Sequence record: NC_106513.1
DNA from: Escherichia phage vB_EcoS_ESCO30
Direction: 5' to 3' (one strand)
DNA length: 64,000 nucleotides
Shown here: positions 1 to 9,951 of the stretch, one piece after another
How the letters are laid out: every line of letters begins with the position of its first letter
How positions within the stretch are numbered: position 1 is the first letter of the stretch
Translations under genes and position numbers: made by a program
The notes under the pieces: generated by a model
Told to the model about the DNA's origin: nothing
What the model saw: only the letters and a program-made list of their open reading frames with translations
Databases searched by the model: none

Positions 1-1313
1 GCTTCTGCATCTGTAGAGTCCGCTCCAGTATCTGTCAATTTACCTGTTGGAGTTAAGCCAACATAATCAAACAGAAGAACACGCAGCTGCTTAACAGAGT
101 TTGGGTTAAACGCCTCGTTCTGGTCTTTTTCTAGCTGAACGACTTCTGGATAAGTATACAGTTTCTCACGAGCCTTATTCAGGTTATGGGTTAACTGGTA
201 CTGTGCTTCTTTCAAGCGATCAATAGAAATTGGTACACCACGATCTTCAACACGTTGCAGGAACACGCAACCAGGCATCAAAACATCGTAGTATAGACTG
301 CAAAGTTTTTCATTCTTCTCAATTTTTGGTAAGAAGAAGTTGTGCAAACGTATGGTTGCATCGGTATCTTTTGCAGCGTAAGGCCACATAATATCAAACG
401 GAATTAAATCATAGGTGAAATCTTCTTTCTTGATTTTATGTGCTTTGCAGTAATCATCCTTGAACTTATCTAGTTCAAAGTCATAGTCACCCATATCGGT
501 GTACTTCATTGCTAGAGATTTCAAGCCGTGAGTACCACGACGTTCATCTAGAACATAATGCTGCAACATTGTATCATGGAGCCTGCGTTCTTTATGTGCT
601 TTATCAAAAGTAAGTCCCAGATGGTACTTATAAAAGTGCATATCAAACTTCAAGTTGTGAAAAACAATAGTGTGGTTTTCACTATCCAGAATTTTCTGGA
701 GATAATATACTGCAACCTCTGTGAGACAATCAGAATCGATATACACACCCTGATACTCTTGGTGAGACATAGAAACACCAAGCAGATAACCATCTCGACA
801 GTATAGTGCTGAGGTTTCGGAGTCGAATGCTACAGGTCCGATAACCATATTATACACCATCTTGATATATTCTTCCGCCTCGTCAGGGTCAGTAATAGGG
901 CGGTAATCACCAGCTTTTGCAATCTTCTCGCGACCATTGATAATATCGTGGATATTCTCTACTGTTGCATCAAAAACTGGTTTCATTTCAGGCTTAAAGT
1001 GTAACTGGGCTGGGCTGATACTCGCAATCCAGTTAGCATATCCATTATACTCTACACGTTTACCAGTATAGTCACCAATGCCTTTCTTACCTGCGAAGTA
1101 CAGGAAAGGTTCAGCACCTACTAGTATAACAAAATCGTAATCATTCGGATCAAATGGGTTTTCTGGTGTTCCAATAGTAATATGCTTTTTAAGCAAACGA
1201 CCAGATAACTTCTCGTTACACATATGGAATACATCAACTTCCTCGCCGTATAGCTGGAAATGTTTATCGTAACGAGTGTTGTTTAGCGCTTTATCAACTA
1301 CTGCGATTTTCAA
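1..1313 (-). CDS. DNA polymerase, family A (T5-like), N-terminal part with 3'-5' exonuclease domain; gene continues beyond window start
   Basis: Minus-strand frame open from TTG at 1311-1313 (GAGGAG SD at 1321-1326) to window edge; translation starts MKIAVVDKALNN and contains FDSETSALY exonuclease motif; absent from ORF track because truncated. Confidence 0.8.
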   Translation of the reverse strand, partial: MKIAVVDKALNNTRYDKHFQLYGEEVDVFHMCNEKLSGRLLKKHITIGTPENPFDPNDYDFVILVGAEPFLYFAGKKGIGDYTGKRVEYNGYANWIASISPAQLHFKPEMKPVFDATVENIHDIINGREKIAKAGDYRPITDPDEAEEYIKMVYNMVIGPVAFDSETSALYCRDGYLLGVSMSHQEYQGVYIDSDCLTEVAVYYLQKILDSENHTIVFHNLKFDMHFYKYHLGLTFDKAHKERRLHDTMLQHYVLDERRGTHGLKSLAMKYTDMGDYDFELDKFKDDYCKAHKIKKEDFTYDLIPFDIMWPYAAKDTDATIRLHNFFLPKIEKNEKLCSLYYDVLMPGCVFLQRVEDRGVPISIDRLKEAQYQLTHNLNKAREKLYTYPEVVQLEKDQNEAFNPNSVKQLRVLLFDYVGLTPTGKLTDTGADSTDAE

Positions 1314-1375
1314 ATTTAATCTCCTCTTGGTAAGTAAGTATAACTTCAGTGTTTCTTCTCTAACTTACCAATATA

Positions 1376-2266
1376 TTATACCAAATCTTTAAGCGATTCA
1401 GCAACTAAAATTTCAATACGTTTTGCTAACATATCAATTTCATCTTTGTTTAAATCACCCGGATCTTTACCTTCAGGCAGAAGAAAGTTAGCAACTACAG
1501 GTATTAAACGCGTTTTTGTACGAATTAACTTGGCCAACGCTTGTGCAGCCTTATTACCAGAAGCATCATTATCTAGTAAGATAACAACAACTTTTACACC
1601 AGCAATAATATAAGGGCTGAACTTATCCGCAATGTTATCCGAAGTAAACTGATGTGTACCAAAGCAGCAAGAAGCGTAGTCTATACCACTATCTTCTAGA
1701 TTCAGCATATCAAAGATACCCTCAACTAGAATAAGAACTGGAGTATTATATCGTACAGGAAAAATTGGTGGTGAAACTTGTTTTGGTTTTACTAAGTATT
1801 TAGGAGGGGCAGAACTGTTTATAGAACGACCCAAAAATAGGATATTGCGTCCAACAGCATCTGTGATTGGGAATACAATTCTGCCTTCCCAGTCTGCTTG
1901 GTGTTGGAAAGCAAAATATTTCTTCAAGGTCTTAGAACTTATACCTCGGAAATCACCTTCGAAAAGGTAAGCAGATTCAGGAATTGCAAGATTCGTTGAT
2001 CCATTCCTAATCTCTGAAATCTTTTTACGTACTTGCGATAGCCTTGGGGACTGTCGGTACTGAGTCTCATTAAAATAATGGTAAATGCTCGGTATACCTT
2101 TACCGAAGCCACAACTCAAGCAGTGCATAATACCTGTTTCAGGGTCAATACGCAAACTTGGGTGTTTATCGTCATGATCTGGATTTAAGCAACAGATTAA
2201 AATATCTCCACCAGTATCTTTATACTCAATTCCCTTAAGATCAAGTAATTCTGTTATTCTACTCAT
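1376..2266 (-). CDS. DNA primase (zinc-binding domain + TOPRIM)
   Basis: CxxH...CxxC zinc motif near N-terminus; TOPRIM Glu (LVEGIFD) and DxD (LLDNDASG). Confidence 0.75.
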   Translation of the reverse strand: MSRITELLDLKGIEYKDTGGDILICCLNPDHDDKHPSLRIDPETGIMHCLSCGFGKGIPSIYHYFNETQYRQSPRLSQVRKKISEIRNGSTNLAIPESAYLFEGDFRGISSKTLKKYFAFQHQADWEGRIVFPITDAVGRNILFLGRSINSSAPPKYLVKPKQVSPPIFPVRYNTPVLILVEGIFDMLNLEDSGIDYASCCFGTHQFTSDNIADKFSPYIIAGVKVVVILLDNDASGNKAAQALAKLIRTKTRLIPVVANFLLPEGKDPGDLNKDEIDMLAKRIEILVAESLKDLV

Positions 2267-2793
2267 GAATTTAGCTCCTCCAGTGAAGGATACTTAGTTG
2301 GATCAAAGATCTCTTGAACAGCATTTTCTCCATGTAATTGTAGACGTAGTTCATTGGCTTTAGTGACTGCAAGCTTTAGATCTGCGTAATTAAAGAGCCC
2401 ACCGTGAACTTTTTCTCCCGTAGAATTTACTACTCTTACATGCCATTTGTGATCCCGCTTAAACCAGAAAACTCCCAAGTATCCAGATTTACTTCTAGCT
2501 GTTTTATTTCTACTATTTTCTTGCCGGGTGGATGGCCTAATATTAATCCATCTATTATCCCAAGTAATTCGATTAATATGGTCTACTTCCTCTGGCATAT
2601 ATCCTTCCATATATAGGAAGGCTAGTTGGTGTGCAAAGTATAATTTTCTATCTACCTTTATCCGTATGTATCCACTATCTAGAGTACCCGCAATACTACC
2701 AGCTTTCTGATTGCCTCTAGATACTTTTCTAGTAAACTCCCCAGTCTCTGGGGAGTAGTCAAACAGTTCTTTTAGTCGTTCCTGTGTTATCAT
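2263..2793 (-). CDS. HNH homing endonuclease (HNH_3 + AP2-like)
   Basis: HQLAFLYMEGY...DHINRI...NRW motif; paralog of ORFs at 10169, 26421, 41862, 53980, 57429. Confidence 0.75.
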   Translation of the reverse strand: MITQERLKELFDYSPETGEFTRKVSRGNQKAGSIAGTLDSGYIRIKVDRKLYFAHQLAFLYMEGYMPEEVDHINRITWDNRWINIRPSTRQENSRNKTARSKSGYLGVFWFKRDHKWHVRVVNSTGEKVHGGLFNYADLKLAVTKANELRLQLHGENAVQEIFDPTKYPSLEELNS

Positions 2794-4262
2794 ATATCGC
2801 TGGCCTGTTCACCTGTTGAATTTTCAGTTTTGTCTTTCTTAGCACGTTTAGGTTGAGCCGGCTTATCCTTCTCAATAGGGATAACGAACTCAGCTTCCAT
2901 TTGAGATATATCTTCCATTGCTAGGTTGGTAGTGTTATCCATTCGCAGAGTTTCCCAGTTCATCTTAGGCATAAACTTCACGCTATCAGAAGAACGAGTT
3001 TTAACGAAGTCAAACATAATAGCACCTTGGCCATTATCAGCTTTTGCAGCATTAAGATTAGCAGCCATGTCTGCAGAATCAAGAATCCCCTTTGACATAC
3101 GTGTTCTACCATCTTGATCGATCTGGTAAGGAGCTACGCCAGCCACGTTATGTTTCTGGCAGATAGATTTGAAAGACGAGCTAACAACCATCTGTTCTTT
3201 CCAGTCATACATATCAATGGTTTTAGAATCTGGAAGTCGGGTTTGGTTAATATAGTCCAGTAAAGCTACTGTAACTTTATCACCATATCTAGCAACTAAT
3301 TTATTTAGTTCTACGTCAACTGTTGTAATGGACAGCTCAGGATCATAAACAATAATCATAGGAGTATGTAGTTCATATCCCTCTATTAGCTTACTCTCCA
3401 TATCGTAGAAATCACTCATCTTAGCCATTGTGTACTGTTTAACGAAGTTATCAAAAAGCTCTTCACCTCCATTAAACATTCTAGCTCTAGTTCTGGCCAA
3501 TCTCAACAGAGCTGCACCTTCTAGAGTATTATTACGCATTGCTAATGCTGATACACCAGCTAACATGGCTAGATTACGTCTAAATACTTCATGTTCTTTC
3601 ATCTCAATTGAGAAGTATGGAGCAATATCTCCATTCAAATATTGCTGAACCTGTATGTTTGAACAGATAATGGATTTACCAGTACCACGCCAACCACCAA
3701 GCAGTAACGTTTCTGTGCGAGCTAAACCGATTTGAGCGTCGAACTCATTACAAATACCAAGAGCGATTAAGTTCAGTTTGGTATCTTCTTCTCTCTGGAA
3801 AATACGCATGTTATCTGCGTTGAATACTTTTCCAGTATTCGTTACTTTCTCTTCTAATTTTAAGTGAAGGGAGGCAACTCGGTTGAGAATTTCTCCCTGA
3901 TCCAGCATTGTTAAATCTTGAAGCACGTCTGTTTCTAGAAGCTTCAGGAATAAATCCTGTGTATATTCGGCTTCTAGGACTTCAAGTGCCTGTTCCATGC
4001 TCACTTCTGGAATTTGAGTGTTAGCTAAGACGACTAGAGCTTGAGAAAGGCGGGCGTTCCTATTAGCTTCAAGCATAAGTGCGTCAATGGACGGCATTGT
4101 GTTATATTTTTTATAATAATTCTGGACGGCTTGGTAAATTGAGGAGAAAGCGTCATTAAAATGATCTTTATGCAGTTTTGAGAATGTTTCCAATGCTATT
4201 TGCTTCTGTTCGGAAGCTAGAAGCATCTTCAACACTACAGCTTGCACGTTAAACAAGGTCAT
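2790..4262 (-). CDS. replicative DNA helicase (DnaB-like)
   Basis: Walker A GGWRGTGKS; ATG at 4260-4262 with AAGGAG SD; ORF track extends to 4313 but that start sits inside a GC hairpin. Confidence 0.7.
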   Translation of the reverse strand: MTLFNVQAVVLKMLLASEQKQIALETFSKLHKDHFNDAFSSIYQAVQNYYKKYNTMPSIDALMLEANRNARLSQALVVLANTQIPEVSMEQALEVLEAEYTQDLFLKLLETDVLQDLTMLDQGEILNRVASLHLKLEEKVTNTGKVFNADNMRIFQREEDTKLNLIALGICNEFDAQIGLARTETLLLGGWRGTGKSIICSNIQVQQYLNGDIAPYFSIEMKEHEVFRRNLAMLAGVSALAMRNNTLEGAALLRLARTRARMFNGGEELFDNFVKQYTMAKMSDFYDMESKLIEGYELHTPMIIVYDPELSITTVDVELNKLVARYGDKVTVALLDYINQTRLPDSKTIDMYDWKEQMVVSSSFKSICQKHNVAGVAPYQIDQDGRTRMSKGILDSADMAANLNAAKADNGQGAIMFDFVKTRSSDSVKFMPKMNWETLRMDNTTNLAMEDISQMEAEFVIPIEKDKPAQPKRAKKDKTENSTGEQASDI

Positions 4263-4291
4263 TCTCCTTTGCACGCTTTCGTGCCTTCTAA

Positions 4292-4326
4292 ATGCAAAAA
4301 GGGGAAGGAGCATAGCCCCCTCCCCT
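4292..4326 (-). terminator. rho-independent terminator/attenuator between DNA-binding gene and helicase gene
   Basis: GGGGAAGG...CCTCCCC stem followed on minus strand by TTTTTGCATTT. Confidence 0.5.
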
Positions 4327-4344
4327 TAGGTTTAATTTACCAGA

Positions 4345-5112
4345 TTATTCAGCAGCCGCAGCTTTTGCATCCAGTTTAGCACGCTTAGCGGCACCATCAT
4401 AGTCCTTAGCAACCAGACCACGACGAGACAGCATAGATTTAACACCGCGCTCAGATTTACCAGTTTTCTCAGCGATCTCAGCAACAGTCATGTTAACCAG
4501 ATCCAGGCCTTCTAACAGATCTTCACGAGTTTTAGCACTTGAGGTTTCCTGTACCGGCATAGCAGCGATACGACCTTCACGAAGCAGACTCAGAGCTTTA
4601 CCGCGGATCTGCTTGATATTACGACCGAAGTGAGCAGCGATAGCTTCAATAGTAGCACCAGCAACAACCTGATTAACAAAATCAGTTTCTTCATCCGGAG
4701 TGAAGGAACGAACAGCAGCAGCTTTTTCGGTTGGCTTAACAGAAGCGGTCATTTCCAGACTCAGGATCTTACCCTGTACCTGTTTAGCACCGAACTGACC
4801 ACCAGCTACAGCAGCAGCGATTTCAGCATAGGTATACTGACCAGCATGAGCATTCAGGAAATCAACCAGTTCAGCTTCCTGCTCAGGAGTCCACGGGGAT
4901 TTCTGTACTTCGTTAGCTTTTTGTACTTCGAAACCTTCTTTACGCAGCTTAGAGCCAACAGAGCGAGCGGTAACGTCTTTGCCAGTTTCAGCAGCCAGTT
5001 CAGCGGCGATAGCAGCTACTTGTTCTTGAGAGATTACATCAACACCCAGAGCAGTGGCTTTTGCTTTCAGAGACTCGGTTACACCTTCTACGTTCCAGTT
5101 CAGTTTAGACAT
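4345..5112 (-). CDS. Ala-rich DNA-binding protein with three tandem HTH-like repeats
   Basis: Three repeats of AEIAAxxG...K/RxxxG...LS; locally GC-enriched. Confidence 0.5.
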   Translation of the reverse strand: MSKLNWNVEGVTESLKAKATALGVDVISQEQVAAIAAELAAETGKDVTARSVGSKLRKEGFEVQKANEVQKSPWTPEQEAELVDFLNAHAGQYTYAEIAAAVAGGQFGAKQVQGKILSLEMTASVKPTEKAAAVRSFTPDEETDFVNQVVAGATIEAIAAHFGRNIKQIRGKALSLLREGRIAAMPVQETSSAKTREDLLEGLDLVNMTVAEIAEKTGKSERGVKSMLSRRGLVAKDYDGAAKRAKLDAKAAAAE

Positions 5113-5884
5113 TATTATTTTTCTCCAATAGTTCTTTAATCGACAGGATTTCTATCCCATTCGTTTCGGCTTTCTTATAAGATGAGGAAGAACGCTTCGA
5201 TTCATCCTCACAGATTAGGTATTTGACGTCTTTGGTAACGGATTTCTTAACCGTATATCCTAGACCTTCTAAATAGTTTGTTGCATCCGTTCTATTTGCA
5301 AAATCTTGCAAAGATCCGGTAATACACACCGTGATTCCATTTGGCTGGGCAACTAATTCATCTGTAATGATGTCAGCTTTAGCACCCTTAATACCATTTG
5401 AGAATTTCCACGGTAGTTCGATAACATCCTTGCCTTGTGGGGAACTTAGCCAGGCTTTATAATTTTCTCCAGCCTTGCCGTCAGCCTTCACATCGTGGAA
5501 GCTAGTGCAATTTTGGGATAATTTCTTTGCTGCAACCTCTCCAATTAGAGGGATTCCTAAAGAACCGAGAACTGAACCAAAGTCAATGTCTCCGCGAACT
5601 TTAGTATTTAATTCGCTAATTAACTTAGCGGCAACCTTGCTACCCACGGCTCTAACCAAATCTTCTTCGGTTAGGTAAAACAGTTCTGAAATCTTCGTCA
5701 GCTCCAGCTTCTCAATAGTTTTTGGGCCAAAGCCCTTTAACTTCATTTTTGAACAGAAGTTCTCAATTAACTTACTTGATTGCGCTGGACAGTTGGACTT
5801 ATTCCGACAGAATAATTGTCCGTTGACAAGATCTAGCTTAGAACCACAAGAGGGACATTGTGTTGGAATTTCGATTTTCATCAA
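5105..5884 (-). CDS. NAD-dependent DNA ligase, C-terminal subunit (Zn finger, HhH, BRCT-like)
   Basis: CPSCGS...C...C zinc finger near N-terminus, glycine-rich HhH-like segments, BRCT-like C-terminus. Confidence 0.75.
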   Translation of the reverse strand: MMKIEIPTQCPSCGSKLDLVNGQLFCRNKSNCPAQSSKLIENFCSKMKLKGFGPKTIEKLELTKISELFYLTEEDLVRAVGSKVAAKLISELNTKVRGDIDFGSVLGSLGIPLIGEVAAKKLSQNCTSFHDVKADGKAGENYKAWLSSPQGKDVIELPWKFSNGIKGAKADIITDELVAQPNGITVCITGSLQDFANRTDATNYLEGLGYTVKKSVTKDVKYLICEDESKRSSSSYKKAETNGIEILSIKELLEKNNNV

Positions 5885-5911
5885 ATTTCTTCCTTATCAA
5901 TTTATATAAAT

Positions 5912-5940
5912 ATTATAGCAAGTATTTAAGCATTTAGCAA
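5912..5940 (-). promoter_or_regulatory. sigma70-type promoter (minus strand) for ligase C-terminal subunit gene
   Basis: minus-strand -35 TTGCTA (5935-5940), 17 bp spacer, -10 TATAAT (5912-5917). Confidence 0.6.
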
Positions 5941-6083
5941 CTACAATTTTAACTAACTTTGCTTACCCTCGCCATAACTTTCTATCCCTCAACTGAATGA
6001 TAATAGTATATACCTAAGCGGCGAAAATGTCAATAACCACTTTATAATTCCGATATGGTAGATGGGTAGCAAAGGGTTATGTA

Positions 6084-7055
6084 TTAATCGTATACTCTCT
6101 CTACTATGCACGGGATTACACCACCAGCACGAATCACTCGAATCTGGCAACCGATCTCTAGATCAAGAGAGTTAATATAATCAACGTTATTAAGAGTCGC
6201 TTTAACAATTGTAGCATCATCAATAATTACCGGTTCGAAATAACCAACTGGAGTTACTTTACCAGAAGCCCCTACCTGCCATTCAACTTTAGTAAGAGTT
6301 GTAATCTCGCCTTCTTCATCCTCTTTAATAGCGAATGCCCCGCGAGGGAATTTATTAGTCCAGCCTTCTCGGAAGAATTTGTTGTTGTCATTAATACGAA
6401 CAACTTTACCATCCGTCGGAATCCATTTAAAGAAGGAACGCACATTAACAACTGTTAAGAAGTTCTCATTCTCTAGCCAGAGCATATCTTTTAAATACGA
6501 TTCTGTAATACCTACAGATTCAGCAGAACATTGGATACCGTATGCAACGAAGATTAAACCACCTTCCCCGATACGTTGTGCGAAATCATCGCTATCTTTG
6601 AGGTTAATAGCACCAGAGGCAAAGTTACGTTTATTTTCTACTTCTTTTGTAATTAGAACTTCACCAGTGATTTGAGTAGGTACTTTTTGGGAAATCTTTT
6701 TAGGGATGTTCAGCAATCTTACGTTGCTTGTGACATCATTCCCTAGAATACCATTACCACGAGTTAGCGCTTGAACAAATTCGCCATTAATATATAACAG
6801 AGAAATCGCACAACCATCTAACTTATCAGTTTCTACCTGACCTAATGGGTTAAACGGAGGTTTATCTCCACGATTATAATAAACTTTCTGTAAAGAATAC
6901 ATACGATACAGATGTGGAATATCACCCTTAGGCCCGATCTCTTCCTCTAATGGGAAGCGTTTTACCAGGCGATCATATTCTTCATCAGAGATTAAAGACA
7001 TGCCTTGATAATATGCTTCTTGACAGCGTTTAATAAATTCTTTTACATTGGTCAT
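6084..7055 (-). CDS. NAD-dependent DNA ligase, N-terminal adenylation subunit
   Basis: KxDG adenylation motif (TDKLDGCAIS) and OB-fold-like region; separate ORF from C-terminal half. Confidence 0.75.
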   Translation of the reverse strand: MTNVKEFIKRCQEAYYQGMSLISDEEYDRLVKRFPLEEEIGPKGDIPHLYRMYSLQKVYYNRGDKPPFNPLGQVETDKLDGCAISLLYINGEFVQALTRGNGILGNDVTSNVRLLNIPKKISQKVPTQITGEVLITKEVENKRNFASGAINLKDSDDFAQRIGEGGLIFVAYGIQCSAESVGITESYLKDMLWLENENFLTVVNVRSFFKWIPTDGKVVRINDNNKFFREGWTNKFPRGAFAIKEDEEGEITTLTKVEWQVGASGKVTPVGYFEPVIIDDATIVKATLNNVDYINSLDLEIGCQIRVIRAGGVIPCIVERVYD

Positions 7056-7086
7056 TTATTTATATCTCTCATTAATTTATATAAAT

Positions 7087-7115
7087 ATTATATAACAAAA
7101 CTGAGTTGAAAGCAA
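7087..7115 (-). promoter_or_regulatory. sigma70-type promoter (minus strand) for ligase adenylation subunit gene
   Basis: minus-strand -35 TTGCTT (7110-7115), 17 bp spacer, -10 TATAAT (7087-7092). Confidence 0.65.
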
Positions 7116-7121
7116 ATACAT

Positions 7122-7433
7122 TTATTCTTTTTCCGCCAGGCGTCTAGCTTCTTTTTCTACTTCTAATAAAACCTCACTATTAGACAATATTTTAGTAAAT
7201 GCCTTAAATAAATGAGATGTTGTTTCTAGAGTGTATGGCATACTGAATCCACTTTTTGTTGGAAACCATTCGCCTTCTATATCTTGGAGCCAGTACCTAA
7301 TTCCTAAGTATAGATTCCCCCTAAACTCAGATACAGTTAGCCTAACCTGTTGGCCATCTTCTCTTTCCCAGATAACTATGGACTGATCATCTACATGCCC
7401 AACATAATCCTGATTTACATTATCTCCCGACAT
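7122..7433 (-). CDS. hypothetical protein
   Basis: 103-aa ORF in operon context; no recognisable motif. Confidence 0.45.
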   Translation of the reverse strand: MSGDNVNQDYVGHVDDQSIVIWEREDGQQVRLTVSEFRGNLYLGIRYWLQDIEGEWFPTKSGFSMPYTLETTSHLFKAFTKILSNSEVLLEVEKEARRLAEKE

Positions 7434-8080
7434 TTTATTGCTCCCTGACTTAGGAGATATTCCTCTGCCTCCTCTGGTTGAATATTAAAAAACTCAGTAG
7501 AACCATCAAATATTGATTCTGTAAATATCTGTGTAGTACTAAAAAATCTATGAGCTTTATTTTCTAGATTATACGCTGACTCATCATAAGAGTATACTCC
7601 ATGTATACTCAAGTCCTCCAGATTAGAGTCTTTTTTGATCTCTAAAAGTCTTCTATCTGGACTTTTAGATGTTCCTATTTTTGTTCCTAACCGTGGACTA
7701 TAGAATATATACAAATAGCTTGTAGTTACACAAATAGGACAAGACCTTCCTGCATTTTTAACTTTATCCACGCTACTAGTCCACCTATGCCCCTCTGCAC
7801 ACTCGAATACTGCTTGACTATGTGCATTGATATAGGGAGGTATAAGTTTTATGCCTCTATTGGCTAATTGTTGATTTATTTGCTCTATAGTAAGTTTAGC
7901 TTTACCGCTACAATGTGGGCAACCACTGCCTTTTCTTATATTATTTAGGTATGCCTTCCACTGGTGGCCTTTTGAGCATCTAAATATGGCGGGTGTTCTT
8001 ATGTTAATCCACTCACTTACTATACTAAAACCTCGCGGCTCTAATTCTTTATTTATTTGCTTTACTGTTAACTTTTTCAC
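7415..8080 (-). CDS. T5orf172/GIY-YIG-like putative endonuclease with two zinc-ribbon repeats
   Basis: Two C..GH.W...GxGCPxC repeats, then YLYIFYSP..GTKIGTS..P..RL motif. Confidence 0.6.
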   Translation of the reverse strand: MKKLTVKQINKELEPRGFSIVSEWINIRTPAIFRCSKGHQWKAYLNNIRKGSGCPHCSGKAKLTIEQINQQLANRGIKLIPPYINAHSQAVFECAEGHRWTSSVDKVKNAGRSCPICVTTSYLYIFYSPRLGTKIGTSKSPDRRLLEIKKDSNLEDLSIHGVYSYDESAYNLENKAHRFFSTTQIFTESIFDGSTEFFNIQPEEAEEYLLSQGAIKCREIM

Positions 8081-8127
8081 TATAACCCATATACAGCAAA
8101 GGAGAGCCGAAGCTCTCCTTTTCTTTA

Positions 8128-8418
8128 TTATTTTTTGCCTACTGGCGTAGCTCTATCAAGTTCACTAGACAATGAAGTGATACGTTTCACCTTATTTACA
8201 GGAATAAATCGGAAGCTGTCATTAGTGCGACTAAACACTAGAATTTCGTCATCTTTTGGTTGACGGATACGCTCCTGAGCAAAACGTTTACTTAGGTACT
8301 TATCAGAAAAATCCATAGTACCCTGAAGGTACGTAGTACCTTTTTGGCGTAGTTTCTCATAATGAAGGTAGAACTCATTATGGGCTTCACATGCGGAGAT
8401 AATTTCTTGTTTGTTCAT
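8128..8418 (-). CDS. hypothetical protein
   Basis: 96-aa ORF; no motif recognised. Confidence 0.45.
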   Translation of the reverse strand: MNKQEIISACEAHNEFYLHYEKLRQKGTTYLQGTMDFSDKYLSKRFAQERIRQPKDDEILVFSRTNDSFRFIPVNKVKRITSLSSELDRATPVGKK

Positions 8419-8432
8419 GTATAATCTCCCTA

Positions 8433-8843
8433 TTACTTAGTGATAGCTCGGATCGCTTCTGCCAGATGAGCAGCCGCTTTACCGGTCAGTTTGTCGATAA
8501 TTGCATCATCCAGAAAATCTGGTGCTAAGCCAGCATCAGAGAATGCTGAACGAAGGTCGGCATGGGCTTGAGCTTTGGAGGTACGAGAGCCACCGGAAGC
8601 TTTTTCTCCAGTAGATGCGCTAGATTTAGAAGCAGAACCAGCAGCTTTCTTAATATACAAGCCCGCTTTAGTCAGCTTCATACGAAAACCGTTCGGAGTT
8701 ACACCATTTTCCTGGGCAATTTCGCTAACAATTTCCATGCTAACACTCGGACGTTCATCCTCTGGGAATTGCTCCATACGAGCAACGTATTCGGAAGACA
8801 TTTTTTCGAACAGTTCATCAGTCCACTGAGTTGGAGTAGTCAT
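8433..8843 (-). CDS. hypothetical protein
   Basis: 136-aa ORF with Ser/Ala-rich linker; no motif recognised. Confidence 0.45.
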   Translation of the reverse strand: MTTPTQWTDELFEKMSSEYVARMEQFPEDERPSVSMEIVSEIAQENGVTPNGFRMKLTKAGLYIKKAAGSASKSSASTGEKASGGSRTSKAQAHADLRSAFSDAGLAPDFLDDAIIDKLTGKAAAHLAEAIRAITK

Positions 8844-8949
8844 ATTTTATATTTCCTTAATTAAGAATTAAACAGAATAGTTCTTTCAAACTATGAGAAT
8901 ATTATATCAAGAATTGTAGGATTAAGCAACTGAAATTTTTCGGTAATTG

Positions 8950-9210
8950 CTACACGTCTAGCTCAACAATCTCCCAATCATCCGCTAGAGCTTCATCTAG
9001 AGTTAATTCAACCTCTTCATCACTGGGCAGCAGCGTAGTATCTGAAGGCATCCACACGTACTGGCGTACAGTATTGCTGTCTACGTCAAATTTCAATAGT
9101 ACAGTATACTCTCTATTATTTTCCCAGCTATCCCGCTGGAGATATTTTACTTCCCCATCTTTAAGTAAATCAGTTAGTCTACTCACGGCGTTTTCCTTTT
9201 TCTTTATCAA
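8950..9210 (-). CDS. hypothetical acidic protein
   Basis: 86-aa ORF; no motif recognised. Confidence 0.4.
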   Translation of the reverse strand: MIKKKENAVSRLTDLLKDGEVKYLQRDSWENNREYTVLLKFDVDSNTVRQYVWMPSDTTLLPSDEEVELTLDEALADDWEIVELDV

Positions 9211-9883
9211 GTTTCAAGGCGGCCTTAACAGCTTCGTTAATCAACGTAATGACTTCTTCCCGAGTCCACTTATACCCCAGAGACTTTACATCAACCCCTA
9301 ACTTTTCCAGGTGTTTAACAGAAGCCAGTTCATAATTCATATAATGAACGTTCTGTTGTTTGCCTTCTGATAGAAGCCATACACGGTAACAACCAACAGG
9401 GTTATCCATTGCTTTTTTGATTTCACCGATACACTGGTATCCAGGAACCCAAACAAGCTCACCTACCTCAAATTCTTCTGCTACAGCATCGTCAGGAATA
9501 ATTGGTGGATTCAATGGATCTACAATATCGTTCAAACGAAGTAGAGCACCATATCGTTCCAGAACAGATTTAACCATTGCTACAGAGCGATAATTACGAT
9601 CGGCAATCTCTTCAAAAGAATCACCAGATAAATACTGCTCAATAACGTTGGCTAACTCAATGCCTTCAATGAGTGTGCCACGTTTCTTTTTCTTCATCTC
9701 GGCAACTTGAATTTGGCGATCTTGCCACTCTTCAATCATCCTTTCCATAGTTGGATTGGAGGATACTCCGAGCATTTCACATGCTGCTTTCTTAGTACCA
9801 CCGTTCTCCAGATGCTCTATAACTTTTTTAAAGACTTCATCCGGGATTTCATGGATATGTTTCTTTCTGCGAGAACCAGCCAT
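9179..9883 (-). CDS. putative HTH DNA-binding protein
   Basis: N-terminal HTH-like segment GGTKKAACEMLGVSSNPT; own promoter. Confidence 0.5.
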   Translation of the reverse strand: MAGSRRKKHIHEIPDEVFKKVIEHLENGGTKKAACEMLGVSSNPTMERMIEEWQDRQIQVAEMKKKKRGTLIEGIELANVIEQYLSGDSFEEIADRNYRSVAMVKSVLERYGALLRLNDIVDPLNPPIIPDDAVAEEFEVGELVWVPGYQCIGEIKKAMDNPVGCYRVWLLSEGKQQNVHYMNYELASVKHLEKLGVDVKSLGYKWTREEVITLINEAVKAALKLDKEKGKRRE

Positions 9884-9914
9884 ATTTAAACTCCTCTCTC
9901 AAATTTATGAATCT

Positions 9915-9943
9915 ATTATACAGAAAAATTTTCCTGAAAGCAA
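9915..9943 (-). promoter_or_regulatory. sigma70-type promoter (minus strand)
   Basis: minus-strand -35 TTGCTT (9938-9943), 17 bp spacer, -10 TATAAT (9915-9920), GAGAGGAG SD before ATG at 9883. Confidence 0.65.
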
Positions 9944-9951
9944 ATAAATTT

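Noticed and set aside
558-806. Plus-strand 82-aa ORF
   Set aside because: Lies entirely antisense within the DNA polymerase reading frame; no SD; judged spurious
4630-5139. 169-aa plus-strand ORF
   Set aside because: Antisense to the Ala-rich DNA-binding gene; Ser-rich low-complexity translation typical of the reverse frame of GCN-rich codons
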